This document shows, piece after piece, positions 51,527 to 64,000 of a DNA stretch of 64,000 nt. The notes under the pieces were generated by a model that saw only the letters and a list, made by a program, of their open reading frames with translations, was not told where the DNA came from and did not search any database. The position numbers were made by a program, and so were the translations under genes. How positions within the stretch are numbered: the first letter of the stretch is position 1; each line of letters opens with the position of its first letter. Source of the stretch: Octopus sinensis (taxonomy: Eukaryota); assembly GCF_006345805.1 (NCBI RefSeq), contig NC_043008.1:77686001-77750000 (forward strand). The letters are read 5' to 3'.

Positions 51527-53899
51527 AACCAACTGAATAACGATAAAAAAGTGAAGTCAAATCAGTGCGTTTATTATCGGCGTAATATGGGACATCCCAT
51601 GACATTCGACAAGAGCCCGTCGCGAACGTTTTTAAATTTTCTTCAAACTTACACCGTTAGTATTCATGACAGGAGTAATTTCTAAAAACTTCAGCTCTGC
51701 AGCAGTTACCAGTTACATTTTATGGCCATTTAAAACCAGGTTATTCCTAAAATTTTCGAAATAATGAATTTCTTTCATTTTTAGAGGTTCATTATTCCAA
51801 AATAGATTCACTGCCATACTTTGGAAAGTATGTTTCTTTCATCCCCACTATCTTAATTCCGATAGAGATTAAAGATAAATTCTATTAATTCGGTCAATGT
51901 AGAAAAAATGCTAATCAAAAATAGCAAAATCCACGTCTTGGGGTTATTTTAAAACAAAAATTGAAGTTTACACAGTTAACTTAATAACAACAGTTGGAGA
52001 ATATCCTATCTTCAATAATCTTACAATAAGCTCTGAAATCTTAACAGAACATATCAATTCACTTACTCAAAAGCCTGTTTCCCTGTGCAACGGGGTGAGG
52101 CCAAAAGCGGGAAAAAAGTTTGAAAATTCCGTATTGTTTTTTTTAATTTTTGAACCAGAATAACTTCTTATCACTAATTTGAAACTTTATTAAACTACAT
52201 ATATTCAACCAATGCACTAGTTGGAGAGTTTAGAAATGTAAACATACAGCATTTAAAACTAATCTAAATATTAATTTTCATATCCTGACAATGGCTCAAA
52301 ATGGAAATACCCATTTTGGGGATTAGTTGAGGGCTGCAGAAATCAATGTACGACAATGAGAGAAAACTTTCAAACCTAAAAATGCTTTGACATTGATCTC
52401 TAGACTATACATCATCAACAACAATGTGATTGGCAAAGGAAACTTCGTACTATTAGACCTTTATAGATGCAGGGGTTCGAAAAGAAGAAAAAATTCTTAT
52501 AAGCCCATAATAGTAGTTGATAGGACAATCATACAAGTTTTCTTAAACTATATTTTCCACCCAAAGCTGAAGAAAAATTAATAAAACCTGTAAAAGTAAA
52601 ATATAACTCGAAACAATGGAAAACAAAATTAACCAAAAACTATTTGCTAGCCTAATACATATCACATCAAAGTGATTGCTAGTGTTTCCAGAAGGAGGAT
52701 CTACATTTAGAGTTACGTCCTCTATTGGATTACAACAGATATCATCGTTTCTTGGCCAGAGAAATTGACTGGTGGGCTTTGGGGATGAAGGAACTTTATA
52801 TTAACATAGTATAACCTTGGTGGATATCTTCAATTGAAATAGAGTTTGAGGTAGAATACAAAATTCCTCCAACTCCTAACGTTTGGAAGCATTTCTACTT
52901 ATGCTCGCATAGCTCACATGTATAAAGACAAATACTATTATATATAAACCAACGCACATGAATACAGACATGTTATACAAAAAGTCACAGGCATCAATGT
53001 ATGCACAAAGCTACATATAAACTGTACACGTGTACACAATGATTGATACTATGCTTATCTACCTATCTATCTACATATCTATATCTGTATGTATATATGT
53101 CTTTCATGTATGTATACGATTTATAAATAAGTTCTTGTTAGAGTTTTTCCGTCCCACCCATTTTTTAACTTTGATATTCTTCAACTTCCTCTGCCGCCAG
53201 CCTTTCAATGCATTCTCTCATTTGTTCCTAGAGACATACCTGAAACACCAGAACTCGTCTCTCCCTTTTCTGTTTTTCTGCCGGTTCAGACTATCGCTAG
53301 TTTTCTCAGGTTCCAATTGTTTTCTTTGCATGTAATTACACCAGCCTGCTTTGTTTGTTTGTTTCTTTGTATGCATGTCTGTTTCCTTATATTAAATATA
53401 TCTCTTTCTGTTTGTCTATCTCCCAGGCTAACAAAGCTTTTATATATTCATAAGTGATTATGAATTTGTTACAGGTATTAACACACATCTAAAGAGGAAA
53501 AATAGGCAAAAAAAAAAACATAAGAATTAGTGAAATTATTTTAATTATAATTCCGACCGTCTAGCATTACGTCATGTTTTCACTTTTGTATAAATTACAC
53601 AATAGAGACATGGTGAAGACCAATATAAAGATCACATTCAGATTGGACCTCATTTGAGACGCTACACGAGAAACAACCATTCAGTGTAATTTCAGAATTC
53701 AATGATGAAAGAAGAAAAATGTGTTTGGTATTTGAAGGTCAAAAGAAAAGATAAACAATTGTGTAGAACATTGTTTACACACGTGAAGATTACCAAAGTT
53801 AATCTAAGTGTTATAAATATTAGAAAACATCCCAGATTTCTAAGAATTTGAAACTTGCTATTCTAATAATGACATGACATTTCAACAATATTTTGAAAA

Positions 53900-54560
53900 T
53901 TGCAGGATCTTCAGTGAACAGCAACAACAGCAGCAGCGCATTTATTATTATCAAATGCGCTGTCATTGAACTGAAAAGAGGGTGAAAAGTAGACAGCAGT
54001 GGAGTACAACTTCCAGATGATGAGCGCATAGGAGAAGTGAACGGAGAAGGTTGCAGATAATGAATGCCATGACGACGGAAAATATTTCTTCAGAAAATAC
54101 TAGAAGAGTGGAAAAGCTATGAAGATGCGAGCTGGATGGTAGGAACCTGATTAGAGGCATCAACGCTTGGGCTGTAGGTGTGGTACGCTATTTCGCAGAA
54201 GTTGGTGGAATGGACAAAGGAAGAACAAGTCAACATAGACAGAAAAACTAGGAAGTTAATGGCTATGCATGAGTGCCTTCATAAAAGAAGTAACGTCTCA
54301 AGACTATACTTTATCTAGCGAAGAAAGTGGAAGAGAACTGACTAGAATAGAGGACATTGTTATGAAGGAGATGAAGTCTTACATGCTTATCTGAGGAATA
54401 ATGATGAAAGAATCCTGCTGGTTCCACTGAGTGAGAAAGCAATATTCTGGCATGAAATGCTGCAAATACCACACTTCACAGGAAGTACTCATTTGGCAGC
54501 AATATTTGGGACAGCACATGTGTTTAGAAAAGTGTTACGTCTCTAAGCTGCGACGAGACA
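53900..54560 (+). pseudogene. R4/Dong-type (RLE) LINE remnant 1
   Basis: GRNLIRGINAWAVGVVRY..WTKEE..IDRKTRKLMAMH..SNVSRLY. Confidence 0.75.
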
Positions 54561-54604
54561 TAGATAACTCAGAAGATGATAATAATAATAACAATAATAA
54601 TAAT

Positions 54605-54661
<57 letters not shown>

Positions 54662-54679
54662 AATAATAATAATAATAAC

Positions 54680-55930
54680 CTAGACGAGTAAGATAGATAC
54701 TTAAAACGGAGCTCAATAGGGAAAACAAGATAATAGGTATCAATATTCTAGTTCTTCCAGTTACAGTTACAATATTTTTAATTGGACACTAAATGAACTA
54801 AGCAAACTAGACAAGAAAACAAGAAAAATAATGACGGAATTTAGGATTCACCAACCAAATTCTGACATAGAATATCTACAACGAATTGAAGGGGGGAGAA
54901 ACCTTATAGAATTAGAAAACTACTATAAAATAAACACCATAGGATTACAGAAATATCTAACTTAGAATCGACGAAAACTAGTACAGATAGCCATAAAACA
55001 TGAGCAAAACAAAAAACGTTTTCTGCCTTTAAAGAAAATGAAAAATACAAGAGAACATAGCACCATACAACTATGAAGAAAAAGAACAACAACTATTGTA
55101 AAGCAACTGAAATGTCCTTACCTGGCAAATACAGGTATAAGCTAAACAGAACAGAAATAGAGTAAAATCCCAACGGTTGAGAAACTCAGGACTCAAAGCA
55201 GAGTCTGAAGGAATTTTGATTGCAGCACAATATCAATGTCTCCCCAGCAGAAACCACGAGAAACGCATAATGAAGAAAAATACAAGTAACTGTAGAATAT
55301 GTGGTGATGGCGAAGAAACAACAAATCATATTGCCTCTGGCTATCCAGTCTTGCCTAAGAAAGAATATATCCTCAGAGATGATAAAATTAAGAAGCTATG
55401 CCAACACAATGAAATGATAACAGAAAAGAAATGGTATAGGCATATCCCAGAAAAGGTTTCAGTAAAGGACAAAGCAAACATATTCTGAGATATACCATAC
55501 TCTGAAATATACCAGAACGATCAAGAATAATAAACCGAATATAGTTGTCAGAGATCATCAAGAAAAAGAAATGTCTTCTAACTGACGTATCAACCCCAAC
55601 AGATGACAATGTATCTCCAAAGGAAACGAAAAAACTCTCAAAATACAAAAATCTGGAAATAGAGATAACCCGAATGTGAAGCCTAAAAACAGAAACAGTC
55701 CCAATAATAGGTGTATTAGGTATAATTAAAAACATACAGATAAATACATAACCAAAAGATACAGGACTTACGAATATATATAACATACAGAAAATCGCAC
55801 TTCTAGGCACCGCGCACACCCTACGTAAAGTACTTTCAATACAGTGAAAATACCACCACCAAAACAAACCACAGTACACACCCAAGACACACAGAGCTAA
55901 GCTCGGTAGTGCAGTAAAAGTACTTTTTTA
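54680..55930 (+). pseudogene. R4/Dong-type (RLE) LINE remnant 2 including 3' end
   Basis: NWTLNELSKLDKKTRK; LKAESEGILIAAQ..CRICGDGEETTNHIASG; KPNIVVRDHQEK..LTDVSTPTD restriction-like endonuclease. Confidence 0.85.
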
Positions 55931-55949
55931 AAAATAAGACTACTGAAAA

Positions 55950-57480
55950 ATAATTCTTTCTTTAGCGGCCAAAAGATCCACACACGCAAAAAAAGACGAT
56001 TCAACACCAAGGACAGTGGTGAGATAACATGTAGAGTGTATAAACAATAAAAGACAATAAGAATTAATGATAGAATATTGAAAAATAATATTCCCCAAAA
56101 GTGAAGAAATTCCACCCTGCGGCAAACAAGGAACCTCACAAATCCTGGCTACCCTGATCGCAAAAGGTACTTCAGATAGGTACCCATCTTTTCCTCGGGT
56201 TAAGTGTCCTCTCCACATCGGTCTCCTTCAACATACGGGTACATGTTTAGAGTAAACTCGTTCACTCGAACAATTCTTGCAACATTCACCCATCTTTTAA
56301 CAAAATTGCTGGAAAGTAGCACTTCCCTCACTTTCCTTTTGAAATGAAACTTGAAAAAAATGATGCGGGCTTGGCCAAAGAGAAAAGTATCTGTCTTGAG
56401 CCCTTTCAATCTGCTCCATTACGTAACCTCTTTCGTTTAGGATATCAGGTAAAGAAACACTGCCCTCCCTTTTCGGCGAAAGGAAGGTGGTGGGACGATA
56501 TTCACAAATGACTCAGCCGACAGCAGGATCCGTCCTACATGTGACAGCTGATGTTCGACATAAACCCACAAGCCAGCAATGCTCGGGCACTGGACGATGG
56601 CGAACTGAACAGCTTCGTCTCTCTGCGCACACCAAGGATTTCTGGAAATTATCTATGGCCCTGCCCCGAAAGTCCTCCGGAATAGGTCAGCCAGTTGATT
56701 CTTGTCCACACCCAGAGTCTCCGCGAGAACGTCGTCGCACCTGCCCCCCGCTAAACTGACTGTATTTTCCGACTGACAGAGGCCTGTAAGTACCTGGTAG
56801 TACTCCAAGTGCCAAGTGCACTGCTTCGGTCTACGCTCGATCCAGAGCTGAAGACTGCAGCTTCAGAGACGGGCTGTGAAAAGTCCTGTCTGACAAACGG
56901 CGACGATACCTGCTCACCGTCAAAGAAACGCTGGAGATGCCGTAGCGTCAGTGCATGTCCTTATGTCAACTGTTGGACGATATGCTGTTGAAATGCCGCT
57001 CACATCTGCTCGGCTTCGAAAACGGTGTGCCCATTTTGATTCATCAAGGGAAGAATTGTGGCATTGTTGCCAAATTGCGCCTCTGTCACTCAGGCTCATC
57101 GAGCGGATTTCGTTCCCTCATTTCTTAGAGCACGCGCCTTAACTCTGATAATGCATCTTCTATGCTAAGCATTGAAGATTTGGTCCAGAGTCAATGTCGC
57201 AACAAGCTCGTCGGCTGCGATGCCTTTCTTAAGCGCATCTTCTAAGATTCAAAGTTTTCCCACTATCTATTCCCTTGTATAATTAATGACTAACTAAATC
57301 CAATTGATTCTAATCTGCTTGCGCTTTTCAGGGAAAACCACCATCTGTTATTGACGATTTATTTGATCAACACCTACTTAACTAATTTGCCAATGCGTTC
57401 TCTGTATGCTTGGTCGCCAGGAGTGTCACGTTCAGCTTTTAGTAACCGGGTCCTTGCCTACGAAGCCTATCTAACCTGAC
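55950..57480 (-). pseudogene. Tx1/L1-clade LINE 3' part
   Basis: HALTLRHLQRFFDGEQVSSPFVRQ and FHFKRKVREVL..FVKRWVNVAR on minus, followed by a 3' UTR. Confidence 0.7.
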
Positions 57481-57916
57481 CGTGTGGAATAGATTCGTGG
57501 TCTGTGTAGCCGAAAATTTTTTAAAGTGGACAACTTATGCCCGAATAGTAGAAGACAGAGCACTGACGACATTCTAGATATCATACGTCTAATTTTAATC
57601 TGTTTTTGACTCAGCAGAACTGCAGAAAATAATACTCAACACCCATTTAAGTTTATTTGTATGTATATTATATACATAGTTGGGTGGGAGTCGTATGTGT
57701 GCATACATACATATATATAATATTATGTAATGTTATAGCACAGTCTTGCAGGACATACTTTTATATATCTGTTTTTCTCACACGTCATAATCTTTTATAA
57801 CATGATTTATTTGCTATATGAAAGTACCATCATCATCATCATTATTATTATTATGATTATTATTATATTATTATTATTATTATTATTATTATTATCATTA
57901 TTATTATTATTATTAC

Positions 57917-57965
<49 letters not shown>

Positions 57966-58470
57966 GAGTGAGAGAACACTGCCTGCTATCAAAGTGGTTC
58001 TCGGGCACAAATGTACGAACCTCAATATACCCATCATGGCTACTCGTCTGATAAAGATACAGCAGGCACACACATCACAACGATATGTGCGCGAAATGGT
58101 GATTTCATATCAACATGAACAGTGCATGACCTTGCAGGTAGAGCACAGGTAGAATTTTCTTTAGGTCGAGGAACCCCTCCCGCTCAAATGTTCCCTGAAT
58201 AAGGGTTGTATAAGTATGATGAACGAAACACCCATGTTTTCAGAGGCGAATTATTTAAACACCAAATAATTCCTTTCAAGCATGGCTGTGATGTTCCCCC
58301 GCTACTTCTGCTCGTGATCAGGGATTCATATATCGTCAACCAGTTGTTGACAAGCAAATTCAAGGCATTAAGCAGAATATTTGCTGTAACCCATCTTTTA
58401 CTCCAAGATAGTATATCTCATATTCTTGATAACACGTCCAATTAGTTAAGATCAGATGCCATGAGAGCTA
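57966..58470. repeat. Interspersed repeat, copy 2 of 9147-9700
   Basis: Colinear homology, also preceded by (ATT)n. Confidence 0.8.
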
Positions 58471-58484
58471 CTTTTCATTAATAT

Positions 58485-58700
58485 TAAAGTAGCAGGTGAG
58501 CATAATTGTTAGGACGCCAGATACAATGCTTAGTGGCATTTCGTCCGTCTTTACATTCTGAATTCAAATTCCGGCGAGATCGAATTTGCCTTTCATCCTT
58601 TCGAGGTTGATGAAATAAGTACCAGATGAGCACTGACGTCGATATAATCAACTTGGCCATTCCCCCAAAATTGCTGGCCTTACGATAAAAAATGAAATCA
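58485..58700 (+). mobile_element. SINE family A copy
   Basis: ATTCAAATTCCGGCGAG..CCTTTCATCCTTTCGAGGTTGAT. Confidence 0.75.
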
Positions 58701-59769
58701 TCCTCTTCCTCATCATCATCCTCATACACACGTGTACACTCACATATATATATGTGTGTGTTTGTATGCATGTATAACTACTGTATGCGTGAACACATAC
58801 ATAGATGCACATACACATAGGTATAAAACGGGTGTGGAGCGAGAAATAAGACCAATTTAAGTATGTAGTACACAAAACGCGTCAGAAAATTCATTCGGAA
58901 GGGAGGAACAGAATCCACCGCCATCATTACTCTGACCGTCGTTTAGTCGCCTACATCCTGCATCTGTCGAATTCAGATGCAACCATATTTGGCCCGAAAC
59001 CAGATCTCTTTACGACAGGAGAGGTGGTGAGTGCCGTGTAGTGAAGAAGGGTGCCAATGGATATATAAATCATGAAGATCACTGAGTGACATTGGAGTGG
59101 ACCCACTGAAACTGTGAAAAGGAAGTGCAAGGTTTAGCTGTAATATATATCGCAGTAAGGGCTAATTTTGTCCGCATGAACTTTCGAAGATCGACCCGCA
59201 GAACCCTTGATCGCAGGTCACTATCTGGTACACCATCAATTGCTTATTGACTCATGTCTCATAGCACCATCTGACATTGCCTTTTAAGTCATATTTTAGG
59301 ACATATCCCAATCAAGTAAGCTTACAACTAATCTGATTATCAACTCGACGTCTGACGAAATGAAATGGATATTTCAATACGATGGACAACATGATTTTGA
59401 GAAATGATATGACTATTTTATTTTATTAGTATGCAACCTTATGCAATCCCTGTATATGTAACAATAAATAACCATCTACATGTCTTCATTCCTTACTCTG
59501 CGATACATATACTAGACGCTATTATACAAAACTTAGGTTTGCCATGCGCTTAATATCTATTACTTCATTACGAAACAGTTATTAGTTGATTAATGTAGTA
59601 TATTGTTAGATTACTTTAGCCGAGTATTCATGAGAAGTGGTACTAAGAAATATTCCTACTATTAAAATGTGTGTGTGTGTGTCTTTGTGTGTGCATGTGC
59701 GCATGTGTCCGTGTGCGTGTGTGTCCGTGTGCGTGTGTGTGCGTGTGTATGTGTGTGTGCGAGTGTGTG

Positions 59770-59932
59770 TGTGGAGGCAGAAAAGAAAGAGTGATTACTT
59801 CACTTAAACACATGGCATCATGGGCTAGACTGAAGTTTAAGCACATGAAACCAAGGAGTATGGTGATCAGGAGAGGCACATTAACAGATAAGATCAAGCT
59901 GAAAGTGCAAGGAGGGGCTAGTCCACCAATAG
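59770..59932 (+). pseudogene. Short RLE-type LINE RT fragment cut off by the Gypsy LTR
   Basis: WARLKFKHMKPRSMVIRRG..KLKVQG. Confidence 0.55.
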
Positions 59933-62900
59933 TGTTGTGGCGAGAATAATGACACCCCCTGTGAGAATGGACTAACCAAACTCGTATAAGTAGCAGCGTG
60001 TTTGACTGAGATCGAGAGAAAAGAAATTGCAGGGAGTCGAAAGGTATCGTTCACGAATTCGTGAGGTCGCAGTGAATTGTTGAGAAGCTGTTATAGTTCG
60101 TTGAGAGTTGTTTTGGATAGGTTACAGTTGTTGGTAGAGTATTTGGGAATACATCAAGAGGAGAATGTTGGTGTCAACTTCGTACCCGTGGTATTGTATA
60201 CAATCCTGTTATAAGTCTGCGTTATAAAAGTGGCATACAGCGTCACGATATAAATGTGACGACGAAGACATCTACGTTACAACAATTGGCGACATATTAC
60301 AGTTGCAAAAGCAGCAGTAACGGTAGCAACAGGAGATGCACCAACAACTACAAAAACAACAACTACTACAACACAATCAGTTGCTGGAACTAATTCTGAA
60401 ATCGGGAAGTTCGTTTTCACCAGACGGCGTAGCGAATGCTATAACTGAATTTAGGCATAACCCAGAAGTGGGTATAACTTTTTCGGCGTACTTCAGAAGA
60501 TACGAAGAAATCTTCAAGGAAGAATGGAAGTGTTGGACAGACGATGAAAAAGTGAGACTACTGTTACGGAAACTTCAGAACATGAAAAATACTGCAATTT
60601 TATCTTGCCTAAAAAAAAGCAAGTGAAATTTGTTTCGAGGAAACAATTGAATTAATATTCAAAATGTTCAGCGATAGGAGTTCACGCGCTGGGAGTGTTT
60701 GAACTCAGTAAAATAAGACGAAGGTTTTGTCTGTTATGCTGGAATCGTAAATAAAATGTGCGAAAAATTTAAACTTAAGGAATTATCTCTGGACATGTCT
60801 AATTGCCTTATCTTTGTGCGAGAAATACGTGTACAGATTCTTACAAAACTAAAACAGGAGGGCCTAAATTTAACCCTGCAGGCAGTAACAGAGAATTGTC
60901 AAAGAACTATCAACCTCCCACAGGGCGCGAAGAAAGATTGAAGAAAAAATTTCTTTTAAGTACAGACATGTCAACCAGTAATGAATAACAAAAAAGAATG
61001 TTACGACCAAATCAATGTTATGAGTGTGGAGGTCTGCATTTTAAGAAAGACTGTCCGTTTAAAACTCGACAATGTTTGTCAAAAAATTGGACATAAAACT
61101 TCGCACTACATAGCAAAGCAAAAGAGGTCGAAAAAATTCTTCTAGAGAGATTTGCTCAACGGAAAGTCGTGACGACGCCCAGAAGGAAAGTACGTGTATG
61201 TAAAAATAAACGACGCGAACATGAAACTATCATATAGGTAGTGACATTACAATTATTGATACCGACACATGGAAGAAAATTGGGAAACCTACATTAAACA
61301 AAACATTGAAAAGTGCGCGAGGTGTCACAAGTGAAAGATTACACTTCTTAGGCTAACTTATATGCGACATTACATTTCGTGGTAAAACCTGTAAAGCAAA
61401 AATATTTTTAAAATAATACAGAACTATTCGAAGATACCGTGATTGCCGCGTTGCGAGCGGAAAACGAAATAAAAAAGAACATTTTGTGTAACATCATTCG
61501 GGAGCTGCCAGTAACTATTCAAGATATAAAATTAAAATCGGAAAATGACAAATTCATTGCAAAGATGAAAGAAGTATTGAAGGTAAACGAATATAAAAAT
61601 ATACGTAACACAAATGGGAACCATTTTTTCTCTGTGTGATAATGTGTCGATGTACACATAGAGTTGTAGTGCCAGATGCACTACAAAAGCGTGTACTAAA
61701 TGAATTTCATATGGGACACCTAGGGATTTCAAGAATTAAATGAGTAATGAGGAGTTAAGTGTACTGCCCTACTATAGACCGTGATATTGAGCAATTCGTG
61801 AAATCCTGCAGAGGTGCTCTCGCAGTAAAGTCACCACCCTTACTGTTTTACAAAATAAATAACAACACAAATAACAACGCAGAGGCAGCCATGGTTGGAA
61901 CAAGAACAACGAACTTTATTAAAAGAGAAAAGAAGCATGGTCATTTCTTACCCAAGTGACCTTATCTTCATCACTTGTCATGCGCTCATAAATTAGTTTG
62001 ATAGTCGAGCTCTGATTGGCTGTATGCAAAGGAATTCATAACTGGAGTCCGGAACTCTCGTGGGGAAAACATTTCGCGTTCCGGGCACCATAGTATCGAA
62101 TAGCGGAACGCAGCTTTCGGGGTACGAATTTAAAATTTCTGTGAAAGGTATGCAATCAATTACATCTCTACTCTACCGTACCACACGAGATCAAATGAGC
62201 TAGTAGAAAGGTTCGTAGATAAATTTAAACGATCACTAAAAATCAAGAAATGAATTAGGCAATGATGCAGCACTGACTCAATTCTTAAGGGTTTGCAAGG
62301 TAACACCTAACCCGAACACCTTTAAGTCGCCCGCAGAGTTAATGTTTGCCCGGATGATAAAATCAATTTTTGATAAATTGTTACCTACAAGAAAAATTTA
62401 TAGGGATAACCTAAGAAACATAATAAAGTATTTTAATGTGGGAGATAAAGTTCATTTCAAAATATTTAAGAATGGAAGACAAGGTCAGGCGGACGGTATA
62501 GTGACGAAAAGAGTAGGCGGTATGATGTACATAATAAAATGTCAAATAGGAGAGCGCAAACGATATTTGAACCAGTTGAAGACTCGACATACCGAAGAAG
62601 GAGAAGAAATACCAATGGAAGTTTGTTATGACTTCTTCCATGTTCCAACGCTAAAAGTGGTTGAACCTAGGCGGATCAGCAATAGAAAGCGTAAACAAAT
62701 AGAAAGACTAAAAATAGTCCCAAAGCGAAAGTCGTATTAAAACTTCTGAAGAAATTAAGAAAATGGAGAGGTGATGATGAAAAAAAGGGGAGATGTTATG
62801 GCAAAAATCATGAGGATGGATTAGCCACACTCGTATAAGTGTTTGACTGAGAGCGAGAGAGGAGAAATCGCAGGAAGTCGAAAGGTGTCATTAGTGAATT

Positions 62901-62960
62901 CGTGGAGTCGCAGAAAATTGTTGTATTACACTGTTATTAGTGCACGACACTAAGATGACA
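59933..62960 (+). mobile_element. Ty3/Gypsy LTR retrotransposon, degenerate, lacking RT/RNase H
   Basis: 5' LTR TG..CA 59933-60284, PBS TGGCGAC 60287, gag (TFSAYFRRYEEIF, CCHC), protease remnant, integrase (HMGHLG..C..; YH..SN..VERF), PPT 62780-62793, 3' LTR from 62794 (truncated). Confidence 0.9.
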
Positions 62961-62999
62961 TATACGATCCCCGTATTATATCCCATTTAATAGTATATC

Positions 63000-63420
63000 T
63001 CATATTCTTTTTAACAAATCCCTAATTTTCGCAAAATATCTCTCTCTAATAACTAGGGATACACGTGACATTATTCTTTTAGCCTTGAAGACTATCAGAG
63101 AATTTAAAGGTAAGTTACGGCCGAGGCCCAACACCCCTGATAATTTTGATATAGCTATGGGCCCGAGTGATTCGGCGGAAATTACTAATCTAGTTGGTGC
63201 GTATCTCTTAAAGTGCCTTAATAGAGAAATACCTGAATTGCAGGGAGGTTTATATAGAGATAATGCTAGTGACAATAAATCGGTCATAGAAAGAATGAGG
63301 AAAAGAATCAGAAAATTCTTTAAAAGCTTCAACTTAGAAATCATGTTTGAATATGGCACAAGTCTTTTAGACTCAAACATAAAGCCAATTATACGTCCTT
63401 ATCTAGCAAGATTTGGGAAC
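63000..63420 (+). pseudogene. PLE RT fragment (second lineage)
   Basis: FDIAMGPSDSAEITNLVGAYLL..GGLYRDN..ERMRKRIRKFFKSFNLEI. Confidence 0.75.
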
Positions 63421-64000
63421 TGAAAGAAAGTTGGATCGGATTTAGCCTAAAATTGGATATAATACGGGAAGCGCAGCCTTATAGAGATAGTCGAAGTGGG
63501 TGCTCTATGGAAACTTATTAAATTTTTAAGTATAGAGACAAGAACAGCCTTATTAATAATAGATTAGATCTAAGGGTATCATACATGCATAACGTCATCC
63601 GTACATTTAAGTATTTTCGTAACTAACGATTATAGTTGCTATACTTGAACTTTGATGGTGGAAATTAATGTTGGTGTCGTATCCGTTGTAAACTTAACCT
63701 CTAGTATTTGATATAATAAAATCATGTAATATTATGTTATATGGTGAATTATATTGCACTGCATATGTTATAAGCTATGTATTATGGTATGTGGTGTGCT
63801 ATATATAATACTATCCCATGATAACCCTTGCCTAGTTAGTCTTGACTTCTTTCTATTTTAGTGATTACACTATTTTCCTTTCTATGATGTTCTACCCTAC
63901 TGATCATATCATTTATATTTGTAGTGACTTTATGTAAGCAAGTCTCCTTTTGACTAAATCATAAACCCTAGAAACTATAAAATCATAATACAATAACACC

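Noticed and set aside
58900-59400. RTE LINE 3' remnant, and CTGACGA plus hairpin at 59352
   Set aside because: Protein similarity is too weak, and the HHR-like motif lacks GAAA

Overview
AT-rich, microsatellite-saturated eukaryotic DNA with no recognisable host protein-coding exon. The repeat families suggest a mollusc, most likely an octopus (inference from recalled repeat families, not from a search). Nearly all coding potential belongs to transposons: at least five Penelope-like element (PLE) pieces (RT + GIY-YIG), mariner/Tc1 elements (one full length with an open ORF), Tx1/L1, R4/Dong, CR1 and other LINE remnants, an RT-deleted Ty3/Gypsy element, non-autonomous Helitrons and many tRNA-derived SINEs. 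Most ORFs in the track are translated microsatellites. Two signals stand out. (1) About a dozen minimal type I hammerhead ribozyme (HHR) motifs occur, from several unrelated families. Many sit in head-to-head palindromic mini-elements, they include core variants (U3-A8, C4), and one family has a tRNA-like Pol III head joined to an HHR tail. (2) A Ulp1/C48 SUMO-protease-like domain lies directly upstream of, and on the same strand as, a PLE RT/GIY-YIG ORF. Weak splice-site evidence suggests non-coding 5' exons of a minus-strand host gene near 19.3 and 22.6-23.3 kb.
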